From: the human T2T-CHM13v2.0 reference genome, Homo sapiens
Length of the DNA stretch: 64,000 bases
Direction: 5' to 3' (one strand)
Assembly: GCF_009914755.1 (NCBI RefSeq)
Contig: NC_060927.1
The notes under the pieces are model-generated. The model was given only the letters and a program-made list of their open reading frames with translations. It made no database searches and was not told the DNA's origin. A program made the position numbers and the translations under genes. Shown here in pieces: positions 25,021-38,204 of this stretch. Numbering within the stretch: the first letter of the stretch is position 1; each line of letters opens with the position of its first letter.

Positions 25021-25212
25021 TAATAAAAAATACTCACACAGCAGATAATTTCCCTTGAGGCAGGCCACCAGTGGCAAAAATGAACTTGGCACCACATGTA
25101 AGAAATGGTCTTAAACACACCCAATTTAACTGTGAGCTTGACTTTAGCTTAGGATTGAGGTAAGAAAGAGCTGTAGCTACACAAAGATGGTCTTCTAAAC
25201 TTTCTACAATCA

Positions 25213-25498
25213 TGCCAGTTGTCGTGGCTCATGCCTGTAATCTCAGCACGTTGGGAGGCCAAGGCGGGTAGATCACTTGAACTCAGGAGTTTGAGAGGAA
25301 CCTGGGCAAAGTGGTAAAACCTTGACTCTACCAAAAATACAAAAAATTAGCACAGTGGCATGTGCGTGTGGTTACAACTACTCAAGAGGCTGAGATGAGA
25401 GGATCGCTTGAGCCTGGGAAGCAGAGGTGGTAGTGAGCTGAGACGGTGCCACTACACTCCAGCCTGGGCGATAGAGCAAGACCGCATCTCAAAAAAAA
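25213..25498 (+). mobile_element. AluJb
   Basis: Diverged full dimer with GGATCGCTTGAGCCTGGGA. Confidence 0.92.
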
Positions 25499-25842
25499 TC
25501 AATAAAATTTATATAATCAAAACTTTTTTTTTCTGATACACAGCACCAATGCTTCCAAGGATAAAGACCTTTTCTCCTAAGAATATTAAACAAAGTTGTT
25601 ACGATTATGATTCCCATTTCATAGGTGGGAAAAATTTGAAGGCAGACAAGGAAAGCTCTAGCAGCAAACATCTAGCAGGAAATGCAGAGGAAAGGAAATT
25701 ACTCTCACAGTATGTAAGGGAATCATCTTTTACAGACTTGCATATGCTTTTTCTGAACAATCTGTGTGTTTTTGTTTAGTTTTTTAATTAACCAGGGTCT
25801 TTATTTTAGCGTTACTCTACACATGTTTCTTATGATGATGTA

Positions 25843-25990
25843 TTTTTAAAATTTATTTTAATTGTGGTAAAAATCACAGAATATAAAATGTATCATCTTA
25901 TCTGTTTTTAAGTAATGTTAAACATATTCACACTGTTGTGCACCCAATTTCCAGAACTATTCCAATTTTCAGAAAACTGAGATCCCATAT
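25843..25990 (-). mobile_element. L1MB 3'-terminal fragment
   Basis: ATTGTGGTAAAAATCACA...ATATTCACACTGTTGTGCA...TCCAGAACT. Confidence 0.7.
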
Positions 25991-26789
25991 GTGTCCCCAC
26001 CATATGTTTTTAAAGCACATATCAAATATCTTCTTTTAAAAAATTCATATTTTATGTTCTTGAATGTTTAACTTTATCATGTATTATAAATAACCTACCA
26101 GAATTAATGCGGATTTTAAATAAATATTTCTCTCTACTAAGATGCTTTTTTTAAATAAGTATTCTTTGAACTTTAACTCTGTGGGACTCCATGTCTACAA
26201 TGGTGAGAAAAGCAGACATATTTTTCAAATGGTGGGGCAAAATGTGTCATGCAGTGAGGCTAACAACATTGAAAATAATGATGATGATCACACTGACTGG
26301 CACAACACTATAAATAATAATCAGGACGAGCAATGCTTTAGATCCCAGGGTTCTCAAGGGGTATTATGAAATGGTGCCTCTTAAGTCCACCCCTCAAATT
26401 TATAATTGAACATATCAAGGACAGACTTTGTCCGTTCATTTTAATAGTATACTCACCTGCTCTAGAGACCTGGTCCCTCATAACCTAGCCCCGATCCTCA
26501 GAATATTAGGGTTGCCTTCAGCAGATCCACTTTGCAAAGCTATGGAGCTGAACTTCTGTCTGGGACCGGGGGAGTCGAATTGTAGGAGACGTTAACTTCA
26601 CACAGGCATCTAATGGAGCCCAAGAATATCAACACAATTCTCAAATGACTCTCCCCATTTGCTACTAAAGACCTGCAGTGCTTCTCATATCACCATGGAT
26701 AATCATTACTTGCTTCCCCAGCCCACATATCAGCCACTTATTATTATTTTTTTAAAGACAAAACAACAACAACAAAACCTGACCTTTGA

Positions 26790-26890
26790 GATGTTTAAGA
26801 GCGTAGATACTAGAGTGAGACTTCCAGGTTTCCATTTTGACTCTCATACTTGTGTGATCTTGTGCAAGTTATTTAATCTCAGTATCCCAA
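26790..26890 (+). mobile_element. MIR fragment
   Basis: GTTTAAGAGC...TGTGTGATCTTGTGCAAGTTATTTAATCTC. Confidence 0.65.
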
Positions 26891-27559
26891 TCTAGACTAC
26901 TAATTAAGCTAGTTCTTATATATAAAGATTGTGGAATAATTTCTGGGTCACTGTGTAGGTCTTGTAAACACTACATAAGTATTTTCTACTAGAGGCTCAG
27001 GGATTTGGTGAACCCCATACCAAGTTATAGTCAGTGCCCTGCTGTAATTCGTCATATTCCTTAATTCTAGTTTATGCCCAGCTGCACTCTCTCCTCATGC
27101 CTAAATTTACAAAGCTTTTTATTCCACCTGCACAAAATTGCAGTGAGTAGACAGAAAAACTCTTAGCAAGTGAAAATATTCTTGAGATCAAGGAGTTCTA
27201 AGCAGAGGGGCAGATGCATTTCAAAATCAGAACACTGTTCATAGGAAGGGAATTGGAGGGACAACCTGGTTACCAAGATCAAGATAGTAAAGGATTACTT
27301 TGCATCTATTCTTTTTCTGGTTACTGGATCACAGATACCCAGAAAGAAAGCCTTTGCACTTTGACGTTTTGATCTCTTTCTGTAGCTATATCCACTACAT
27401 GCCAACTGTTACCAGACACTTTCTTCTGCATATCATTCATGATCCTTATCTACAGTAAATAATCTTCAAGATTTCTCCCAATATTTCTCTAATTTTAGTA
27501 ACTCTTTATATAGCGAAAGGCTGTCACAGCACCCATGACTTCCATATGTCCATATTAAT

Positions 27560-27800
27560 AGCATTTTAGTCTTCAGATATGAATTTAAAAGTCACATCCT
27601 CTAGAAAGCTTTTGCTAACCCCCCCAGCCTTGGTTAGGTCTGGTTACTATACATTCTTACCACTTGCATCCTATACCTCTTTTTTTATTACACTGAACAC
27701 TCTTGTATGATTCATTGTATTTCTTTTCCATTAGACTCTAAGCTCCATGAGGGTGTCATGATTCTGTCTTACTGATTTCTTCTTGTGCCTAGGACAGTTC
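27560..27800 (+). mobile_element. L2 3' fragment
   Basis: GTCACATCCTCTAGAAAGC...CCATTAGACTCTAAGCTCCATGAGGG. Confidence 0.65.
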
Positions 27801-28494
27801 TAACTCCAGTCTTATTTCCAAGCACTTAAAGTATACCCTGATTCTCTTACAATGTCAGAATTTTCATATTTCTTCCTATTATTTTTTCTTTTGTGTTTTA
27901 TTACTACTTAATGTTCCTGACTCTAGAGTTGTTATGTAAGCCAGTCTAGACTGTGGTTAATGTTATGAGGAAACACAACATGAATTCAGGAAGTTCTTAT
28001 AGAATGTTACCTGCGAAAGCTCCAGTGGCTTTGGTGATTAAACTGTAATCTCAGTTAAACATCTTACTTTCCATTGTGGGAAACTTGCTTTGGCAAGATT
28101 CAAACAGAATGAACATAAATTCTAATAAAATATGTTAATGGGACTTCATGGGACTCATTAGTCCAGCTCCCTTGCCTCACTTAAATCTACAGTACCTGTT
28201 AATTCCTACCAGCTTCTCTTATAGTTTTAAAGGTATCCATGGACTCTTATCTTAAACTATATAGATTTGTTATGCACCACCCCCAAAATTCTCCAAGGTT
28301 TATGCTCTTGATTTAAATAGAAGATTTTTACAAGGCAATAATTTCTACAAAGATGTAATTTTATAAATGCTTTATCCCCATCTTTTAAGAGCTTTCCATA
28401 AAATTAAAAATAAGAAAATGATTATTGTTGTTATCCTTGGTGAATAAACCATGTAACTGTTCTCTTTAACTTTTTAAAAATAAAAGCACTGACA

Positions 28495-28725
28495 ATAAAG
28501 TTAACAATGGGCATTTACTAAGCACTAAGATACATATGAGCTTTATATTTTTAACATATAAATTTCACAATAATTGTGCGAAGTATTTGCTATTATTCCT
28601 ATTTATAAATTAAGAAATTGGTCTGCATAAAAGAAAAACTCATCCAATATGAATTAATTGGTAAATGAATAAATTTGAATTCAAAACCAGGTCTTTCTGC
28701 ATCCAGGGCCCGTGTACCTTCAGTA
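28495..28725 (-). mobile_element. MIR
   Basis: CATTTACTAAGCACT...TATTATTCCTATTTATAAATTAAGAAATTG...ATTCAAAACCAGGTCT. Confidence 0.55.
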
Positions 28726-29492
28726 AGTACTACCTCAAGTGTATAAAAATTATTTAAAGTTAAAAAAAGAAAACCTTTGCTTTACTCCCTTGTAAAAACT
28801 CATGAATTACACAAACGCAGGAACTTGATGTTAGCTGAGCATGCACACACTCTGAGCAAAGAAATAGGGTTCACGATCAAGCTGTGGTTTCTATGGTGTC
28901 TTTTCACAGAATGGAAGAGACAACCACAGAGTTTTTATGCTGTCTTTATGTAGGGCCTGATATAGTCCCATCATTTAATTTTTTTCCATTACTATTCTGA
29001 ACTTAGAAGGCTGAGAACATAAACAAATACAGCTGTTTTAAAAAGGCAACAGGCTTTTTCTCCCTCCATCTCCCCACCCCTGCTTCAAGATTTGAAATGT
29101 TAAATTAATAATAGGTGAAGAAAATTAAAACTCTTAATTATAGTAAGGTAAGGCAACAACCAAGAAAAATAAATGCATGGGCTATCCCGGTGAAGAAGTT
29201 AACCATTTTGCTAAATGCGAAATAAAACTATAATGAAATAAAGAAATGTTGAGTAACAAAACACTTAATATAATAGTTAATGTTAGAAGTCATAATGGTT
29301 AGGAATTTATTGAACTGCAAGAAGCAGGAAAGCCAATCACAGAATAGCTTAAAACAGTTGTTCTGAAGATGGCTGATGTTAGAATTACCCAGAGAACACT
29401 TAAAGTTACCAATTCCCTGGCCCCAGCCCTTCTCTCTTTCTGATGAAATTGATCTTTTTGAGAGCCCCATATAAGTATCTTTTGTCAGTTGA

Positions 29493-30046
29493 TGTATTAG
29501 TTATCTATTGCTGCATAACAAATTACTCCAAAACATAGGAATTTAGAACAACAACATTTATTACCTTACACAATTTGTAGGTCAGGAATCTAGGTGCAGC
29601 CTAACTGGCCCCCTCTGGGTTAGGCTCTCTCACAAGACACTAATCAAGGTAACAGCCGGGGCTGACATCCTCTCTAGGTTGAACTGGGGGAGAATCTGCT
29701 TCTAAGTTCATTCCTATGATTGTTGGGTAGCCTCAATCCCTGTGGGCTGTTGGCCAAAGACACCAGTGTTTTGTGCCATATAAATCTCTCCATATCCAGA
29801 AAGCAGGTCACAACATGACAACTGGTCTCCCTTAAAATAAATGAACAAGAGAGGGCTCCCGAAATGGAAGACATCATCATTTGTAATCTAAATCTTGGAA
29901 ATGACATCCCATTACTTTAGAAATGTTCTATTCAGTAGAAGTAAGTCACCAGATCTAACCTACTCTCAAGGGAAGGAGATTACAAAATGATCTGAATACC
30001 AAGAAGTGAGGAACCTTGAGGAACATCTTAGAGATTGCTTGCCACA
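29493..30046 (-). mobile_element. MLT1F-like MaLR solo LTR
   Basis: TGTATTAGTTATCTATTGCTGCATAACAAATTACTCCAAAAC through TTGCCACA; full length about 550 bp. Confidence 0.88.
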
Positions 30047-30054
30047 GCCAGGAA

Positions 30055-30420
30055 TGTGAATTGGCTTAAATGAAGAGAGGTTTATTTTTCTCACGTAACA
30101 AAAAGCCTAAAAGAGGTATAGTAGCTGAACATTTTCTGGACTGCCAGTCACTGTTGGCATTTGATAGGAAGGAGAGGGAATATGGGAGAAAGAGAAGGTC
30201 TATGCCTCTTCTTTTTATTAGGAAAGCAAATATATTTTTCTAAGTCCCTCTGGAAGACTTTTGTTTATGTGACATGGGTCATAACTGGATCACTTGGGAT
30301 CCCTCAACTAAAAATGGAGGTGGATGGTGAGTGTTTATCTCCAACCTTAGATTAGGAGCAGCAAGGAAGCCTGAGATTGAGAATGACTTGAGAATAGTGC
30401 CCATCAATGACCTGTGCACA
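30055..30420 (-). mobile_element. Older MLT1 (K/L/N-like) LTR fragment
   Basis: GGCTTAAATGAAGAGAGGTTTATTTTTCTCACGTAACAA and GAAGACTTTTGTTTATGTGACATGGGTCATAACTGGATCAC. Confidence 0.55.
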
Positions 30421-30959
30421 CCATGCCTCCATTTCCTTGTATCTTACTCTTTACTGTATCTCAATTTAAGTTTGCAAATTGAAGCATAAATCGATGCCAG
30501 TTTACTAAATTTAATATACAGCTAATTTCAAGATCATATTTCTCATGGCTTCAACTTTATCACAGCACGCTCATGAACCAGAAAGTAGCAAACACCTTTG
30601 AGCAGCAGAAAAAGTTGTAATCAAGTCCATGTAGTTAAATTTACAGAAAATTTCTCAGATCTTAATCTTCAGTTTTATTTATTCCCTTTTAGTTCACAAT
30701 CCAGACAGGATTGATGATTAATTCATCTCACTGCTTGTACATTTGTCTCAGTTTTTCCCTAAAAGGGTATGGTCAACATTTTAGCATTTCATAAAAGGGC
30801 TGTCATAATCTGGCCACAACTTGCCCCCGACGTCTTCTTCTATGCTCGCTCCTTCCAGTAACTCAAGATTTCTGAACACACATCCTCTTCTCTACCTCCC
30901 TGCTTCCTCTCTGCCTTCAATGTCCTTCCCGACTCATCTTTCAAGGTCTACCTCGTATC

Positions 30960-31805
30960 ATACAATCTTAGATGTCTATAGGGACCAGGGAAATAATGTA
31001 AATGAGAGGAATGTGCTGGCGATTGCATATTAAACACATGGAAATCATACTTGCAACAAGGGATATATGCTCCATCCTGCTTTTCTTAATATTTTCTCTG
31101 TTCTTGGTCATTCCTTTGTCTTCTCATTCCGATAGAGACATAATGATCCACTTTCTAAATTCTAAATTCTGATAGAGACAAAATTATTTCACTTTTGTGT
31201 TAAGAAAGTGAAAATGATTTACATCCATTTTTAATCATGACCATATAGAAAATGGCTACAATACCATCATATCTCCTCCTCCCTCCTCCATCTTCTTCTC
31301 CTTCTCCTTCTTCTTCCTCCCAGGGTGTTGCTCTGTTGCCGAGGCTGGAGTGCAATGGTATGATCATAACTCACTGCAGCTTCACCTCCTGGGCTCAAGA
31401 GATCCTTCTGCCTCAGCCTCCTGAGTAGCTGAGACTGTAGGCATGCACCACCACAACTGGATAATTTTGTTTATTTTTTATAGAGAAGGGATCTTACTAT
31501 GTTGCCGGGGCTGGTCTCAAACTCCTGGACTCAAGCAAGCCTCCTGCCTCTGCCTGCCAGAGTGCTGAGATTATAGGCATGAGCCAACTTACCTGGCAAC
31601 CATCATATCTTTTATCTCTCTCTTTAAAAAATGTCTAGCAGTAATTAGAAATCCAGATTTTAATGTAAAGTGTCCAATTTTAAAATCATGGTGTTTGTAT
31701 ATACAAATTTACTTTTTAAATTATTTTCATGGAGGAAGGGAACATTCTGCATGTCACATTAAATACATCTGGAGTCTGGAGCATGCCTGCTGACTGCGAG
31801 CTAGA
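30960..31805. mobile_element. hAT-Charlie DNA transposon remnant (MER102/Charlie4-like) interrupted by AluJo
   Basis: AGATGTCTATAGGGACCAGGGAAATAATGTAAATGAG at the left end; AGAAATCCAGATTTTAATGTAAAGTGTCCAATTTTAAA after the Alu. Confidence 0.5.
31275..31598 (-). mobile_element. AluJo whose tail became a (CTT/CCT)n tract
   Basis: Exact 12-bp TSD ACCATCATATCT at 31263-31274 and 31599-31610. Confidence 0.92.
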
Positions 31806-32224
31806 TCAAAATAGTTCCCTCTTTGGAGTCTTTTCTAAAAGCCCAGGTTGGTTAGTTACTTCCTCCACTGTTTTCCAGGAATAGCAAAGATGACCTCCAA
31901 GAGGAACATTTTGTATACCAATTTACACATGTGGTTTACATGTGAGTCCTTACCTGGACTGAGATACTTGAGAACAGAGTTTGCAGATTATGACTGTGTT
32001 CTCAGTTTAACACATCGAGTCTACCCCATAGTTCCCACCCTGTAAATGCTTGTTGCATTAATGCATCTCAGATGAACACGTGAATCTCATAAAGAAATGT
32101 AGCTGATGTGGAGTGGACATGATCTAATTAGAGAACAAGAAAGCTTTGACTTAGCAGCAAAATATGTGAAGAAGAAATGTCCTGGTTTGTCCTCTTGGAC
32201 AGGATTATTGGATAGAGGCCCAAA

Positions 32225-32990
32225 TTTATTCATTTAACGAGTGTGTGCTGGAGGCCCAAGATGAATCAAGCAGTTCTAGACACTGAGGATTCAGAAAACA
32301 AGAAAACAGAGAAAAAAAAAACTTGATGGGAGGGGACAAATAAGAAATAAAAGCAACAAATAAAGCAAATCATATTTTCAATTATTCTGATGTTTGTTTT
32401 GGAGAAACAGTGAAAAAAAGGACAGAGAAGAAGTTGTCAAGAACCTGAGGAATGGAGGCATGTGCAAGTTTAAATAAGCTAGCCATGTTAAGTGTCTGTG
32501 AGCAGGAGGGCATTTGAGTAAAACTCTGAAAGAATGAAAGAGCCAGCCAGACTGATAACTGGAGGAAAGTGCTCCAGTCAGGTGGAACAGCAAGTTGAAA
32601 TCCTGAGGCACAAGGATGCCTATTCAAGGAATAGCAAGGCGGCTGGGATGGCTAGAAAGAAGAGAATGAGAGAGACAGATGGAGAGGGCATGAGGTTAGA
32701 GACATCCTAGCAGGATTGGAGGGAGAGAGTGCAACCATCTCTTAGGGCCCATTTTGTGACAACTTTAACTTTTATTCCAACTTAGATGGAAGCCATTGGA
32801 AGAGCAGGAGAGTGACATGATCTAACAAATTTTAAAGGGATTGCCTTGGTGACTCTATTGACGCTAGACTGAATGGAGACTAGAGTGGGACAGGATGACC
32901 ACCTAGACAGTGATAGAAATAACGCAAGCAAGTACAATGACAGCTTGGACCAGGGTCATGATCACAGAGACAAAGAGGCTGATAGAGAAC
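32225..32990 (-). mobile_element. L2 (L2a-like) 3' portion
   Basis: ATTTATTCATTTAAC start; GGAACAGCAAGTTGAAATCCTGAGGCA and GAGTGACATGATCT. Confidence 0.75.
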
Positions 32991-33204
32991 TGGGATTCCA
33001 ACCTCATTAGGTTCCTAAAATAAGTTAAAATCTTCCTTGCAAAGCAATAGGATCACAACCTGACCTGTCAGCTCAGTATAAGAATATCTTCTTTGTGATC
33101 TTTCTAGTTTTAATACTGCCAACATGATAATTAATTGCCTAATCACCTGCTGTTTTCTTGTCAAGGGGATTTTTCTGATTTTTCTCCTATAATATATTGT
33201 CTGC

Positions 33205-33861
33205 TTTGAAGCCAGGGTGATCTTTTCATAATGCAAATCTGATAATGTGTCCCCTTTTTAAAGCAGTTTAATATCTTCTCATTTCATGGAGGGTAAAGCA
33301 AAATTCCATATCATGACCCACAGGACACTTTTGGATCTGGATTCTCACTGTGATGCCAAAATCTTCACAATCTGTGCTCCAGCAAATCTGCCTGTTCAGT
33401 TCCTTTTATGCACCAGCGTTCTCTCACACCAGGGGTTTACCTATCCTATTCCTTCTGCCTGAGTTTCTTTTTGCTGCCTTCTTCACCTCGTTAATTTCTT
33501 CTCATCCTTTTCATGTTAGCTCAGTGCTCTAAGTGCTACTCTCTCTGGGACTCTTTCTCTAAGATTTCTGACTATTGGGTACTCCCCTATTGTAGGCTCT
33601 AGCCATACCTGCACCTCTCCCTGCATATGTCACAGTTACAGTTTTTTAATACACTTGGGTGATGACTGAACTGATGCTACCTCTTCCTGTCACCAGCTCC
33701 GCCCCCCCACCCAAACTAGACTGTAAAATTCTTGGAAGTAAGAGCCATGCCTTCTTTTCTTCATCATTTATTCCCAGCATGTAGCACCATATCTAGCACA
33801 TATATGTTGGATGGATGGACGGATGGATTCATGGATGCATGGATGGATGGATGGATGGATG
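33205..33861 (+). mobile_element. L2 3' portion with (GGAT)n tail at about 33808-33861
   Basis: GCCAGGGTGATCTTTTCATAATGCAAATCTGA...ACTAGACTGTAAA...TAGCACATA, then GGAT repeats. Confidence 0.75.
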
Positions 33862-35463
33862 CATACTACGACTGGCTTAAAATTTTAGCATTATTCATCC
33901 TACTATTTCTCACAATTTAGTGTAATTTGTATTCTCAGAAGCATGAATAGAAAACAATTGCAAGTGTTGGTTGTCCCAAATGTGCTGCTGTAAAGCTGGG
34001 CTACAAAGGCAGTCATTTTGCCCTGTCTGGGGATAAATAGGCATAGTTTGAGTAATGGCAATTAGAGCCAGAATTCAACTGGTGAATCACATTGACCACC
34101 ACTTGAGTAAACCCATGGACTGTAATTATGTCTAGTCCTTATTTGGAAGCCTGGGGAATAATGCTTTTGTTTGCAGTGTTTCTCCCTGGCACAGTCTGTG
34201 AGCCCAGAATGAAAAGATTATTATCTTTAACCAGAATCTCATGTTCTTTGATTTTCATCAAGCTTTTCACATTTTCATGTTAAGAAAGTGAAAAGGATTT
34301 ACATCCAAGATTGATTCAATGACATTTTTGTAACTGATTGCCTTTTAAAAAATTATATTCCAGAGCTTCAAGTAAAAGCAGTCTTGCAATAATTTCATAA
34401 GGCAAGAATGCATTACTTCTTTACTTCTAAAAACAAATTGATGCTATTGTACATATTTTAACTAAAATAATTTTATACACACTAAGATCAAAGATGTTAT
34501 CTAAAAGGGCTAAAACGAGATTCCACCATAGACCTTACAACTTAAAAAAATCCTGTCAATATTTGATTACCCAACTGAAGAATGATGTCTTATTTTTTAG
34601 CATTCCTCATAAATCCTATTTCTTAATTTTCCTATAAACAGGCTGGTGTGTTTTGCTATCAAGCAATTTAAGTGTACATTTTTATGGGATTTGGGGTCAT
34701 TGTTGAAACCACGCTAATAAACTGCAAAGGCAGTTGATGCAGATAAACCTTAGAACAATAAATATAAGAACAAAGGGAGAAGAAAATAATGTGCATCTGC
34801 TGAAGGGGAAGATACCGCCGAATACTAATGAGGAAAGTGGTCTGGGAGTTGATGTAGAAAACCTCTAAAGCATGCAGCTTAATGTGCAACTGCGGCAAAA
34901 GGGCATGGAGAATGCTAGATTGTATGGCTGGGGAAAGACAATATAAATCAGATTTGGCATCGTTAATCCAAGCTCCAGTATTAATGTCACCTAAAGAATT
35001 GTTCTCTATGTTGCTCTTGGTCAAGAGAGGTGCAAAGAATGCATTTAATGTTGAAATTGTGTAGTAAAGGGGCAGCTCCAGGAATGTAGTGGTCTGAGGT
35101 TAGCAACTAGAGGAAAAAGAAGACTCACAACCTGGCTAGTAGCTGTGGACTAAGATGAGCATTGCTGCCCTTTCTTTTTATATGGGCCATTGAGAGTTAA
35201 GTAAGCCAGAGATATCATCGAGTTAATATAAAACTGGACCCTAGGCCACTTGGGCTGGGCTCAATGAAGACTTCCACTTTCTAGAAAACTCTGAGATTTC
35301 TGCCCTGTCAGCGTGCCCAACCTTTCCTCAGAGGATACTTTGCTGTCTTTTCTCACAAGTATTTCTTACTTTTTAATCTGCGTAAAATCTATAAGGTACA
35401 CTTAGACCTGTGTATATGCATTTGCTGAAGTGTTCCCACCACTACGACCACTAAAATACAGTC

Positions 35464-35780
35464 CTTTCTTACCTTTTTTACCTTTTTTTTTTTGAGACGG
35501 AGTCTTGCTCTGTCGCCCAGATTGCAGACTAATGCAGTGGCACAACCTCAGCTGATGGCACACTCCACCTCTGAGGTTCAAGCAATTCTCCTGCCTCAGT
35601 CTCCCAAGTAGCTGCAACTACAGGCATGCATCACCATGCCCAGATAATTTTTGTATTTTTAGTAGAGATGGGGTTTTACCACGTTGGCCAGGCTGGCCTC
35701 GAACTGCTGACCTGAAGTGATCCACTCGCTTCGGCCTCCCAAAGTGCTAGGATTACAGGTGTGAGCTACCGTGTCCAGCC
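35464..35780 (-). mobile_element. AluSx-like
   Basis: Full dimer; GACCTGAAGTGATCCAC. Confidence 0.93.
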
Positions 35781-35895
35781 CCTACCTTAATTCTATTCAT
35801 CCTGAATTCAACGTAATTTGGAATTGAAAAACTGTGAGTAAAACTGCAAGAAACTCCAGGAAGTTGTATGCATTCATCCACATGAGTCTACTGTC

Positions 35896-36010
35896 TACAC
35901 ACTTATACACAGACACAGAGACACACACACATGCTTATATATACACACAAACATATAGTCTGTTTCTGGATGTGTATATATAAATATATATGAGTGTGTG
36001 TCATATATAT
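35896..36010. repeat. (CA)n/(TA)n low-complexity tract
   Basis: Imperfect dinucleotide runs. Confidence 0.6.
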
Positions 36011-36573
36011 TTACTCCAAAACAAGTCTCCTTCACCATTTTGTAGATAAAAACTTCAAATGAGTGTAAATTCAAAAGTAAATACAAATTTAAGGCAATTT
36101 TTAAGTCTAATTTTCCCTACTTGCAGGGCCAGTTTTTGCAATATAAAAAAATTGGATTTATTTAGCTTGATTTGTTTTTGACAAATCAGAATTGGCTGTT
36201 TATAATACCTTGATATCCACTCTGTACTTGGAAATCGATTTTTTGACCAATTGGTATGAGGTGTCTCTGAATCTTTCTGGGAATGTTACTCTCTCACCTT
36301 TGCAAATCTGAGTTGACGGTGCTGCAGTGTGCTCCAGAGAAGCACACTGCAGGTGGTGAGAAGTAAAAGATTCAGCCATTGGACTGGTTGTCTTGTCTAT
36401 ACAGAGCCAGAACCATCAACAGGTAACCATAAATCTCTCCTGGGGAATTTCAGCACATAAACTTTTCCTAGAGTCTCCAGACTGTGTTTATACTTTGTAG
36501 ATATTATGCAAAACATCACAGCACTGGATGTAGTAGTACAGGATGCATTTGAGAGCGGTGTGCACAACATATA

Positions 36574-37341
36574 CAGTTGACCCTTGAAGAACGTTAGGGT
36601 TAAGGGTGCTGACCCTTCCATGCAATAAAAAATGAGCATATAACTTCTGACTCTCCAAAACTTAACTACTTATATAACTTACTGTTGACCAAAAGCTTTG
36701 CCAATTACATAAACAGTTGATTAACACATATTTTGTATGTCTTATGTATTATGTGCTGCATTCTTACAGTAAGTAAGCTAGAGAAAAGAAATATTATTAA
36801 GAAAATTATAAGAAAGACAAAATATAGTTGCTATTCATTAAGTGGTGTGGGATCCTTATAAAGTCTTTTTTTTTCTTTTTTTTTAAACAAAGTCTCGCAC
36901 TGTCACCCAGGCTGGAGTGCAGCGCAGTGGTATAGTGGTGTGATCTCGGATCACTGCAAACTCCATCTCCCAGGTTCAAGCCATTCTGGTACCTCAGCCT
37001 CCCAGGTAGCTGGGATTATAGGTGTGTGCCACCATTCCCAGCTAATTTTTGTATTTGTAGCAGGGATGGGGTTTTACCAAGCTGGCCAGGCTGGTCTCGA
37101 ACTCCTGGCCTCAAGTCATCCACTCACCTCAGCCTCCCAATGTGCTGGGATTACAGGCATGAGCCACCTCACCCAGCTCATTATAAAGTCATCATCCTCA
37201 TCATCTTCACTTTAAGTACGCTGAAGAAAAGGAGAAAGAGGAGGGGTTGGTCTTGGTGTCGCAGAGGTGGCAGAGACCTAAGGATATTTGTATATAAGTG
37301 AATCTGCACAGTTGAAACCAGTGTTGCACAAGAGTCAACTG
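36574..37341. mobile_element. Tigger2a/MER28 interrupted by Alu
   Basis: TIRs CAGTTGACCCTTG and CAAGAGTCAACTG, each flanked by TA. Confidence 0.88.
36866..37178 (-). mobile_element. Alu (Jb/Sz-like) inside Tigger2a
   Basis: TSD TTATAAAGTC at 36856-36865 and 37181-37190. Confidence 0.93.
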
Positions 37342-38204
37342 TATAGATACGTTTAAAATAGTCTTTAGAATTTTGATATCATGAAAGTCATTATTGATTT
37401 CTTATGCAAAGACAGAGATAATTTTACCCCACCTGGAAGCAAATTTTAAAAGTTCAATTTTTACATTTATAAAATCCTTAAGTGTCATAAGGTATACTCT
37501 GGGACACTGTGTTAATATAGCAGTTTATTCAGTTTTAAAAATCTGAACCAGAACTTTTTCATAAAGTTCACTGCATATAGGACTTTCTTTTCATGCTCTT
37601 ACTTGCCAAGTGAATGACCTTGAATTGTGCCCAGCTCCAGCCTTGCGAAGCAAAGGTACTAACAGATATCAAACGAACACTGAGGTGATAAACTATAAGA
37701 TCCTATTTGAAAATTCAAAGGGTGGTTCTTACCATTTTTCTCTGACATTAGAGGAGGCATGTCACAATCTGAAAGTAGACCTTTGGTCTTTAAACAGTAG
37801 CTATGAAATAAGATAGAACATATTCCTACCAACTTAGCAAAATGTATTTTTATTTTGATATATGACAGCACTTTCCCGGGTCGTATTTCACACTGGGCTG
37901 CAGGAATATTGCCTGGATTGTATTAATGTGATCATTAATTTGATTTAAAACTAATTCTGTTCTTTTAAGCTTATAATTTAAATTTAAGGTAAAATACCAA
38001 AGAAATTTCTTTTCCTTATAGATATAACTTCAAATGTGTCTGTGCATTTTGTAGAATTGGAGTTACAAATTACAGATTTGCAGAACATTATTAAAGAACC
38101 ATTTAAATGTATAAGATATTAAAAATCCCATTAGTTCAGGGTATATATTTTCCTGACTAAATTAAATAAATTCTATCCAAATCCTATTTTATTCAGCAAG
38201 TAGA

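Noticed and set aside
32225-33861. Inverted L2 pair as a miR-28/151-type miRNA source
   Set aside because: Those miRNAs come from abutting tail-to-tail L2 ends; here the 3' tails point away from each other about 1.6 kb apart and are highly diverged.
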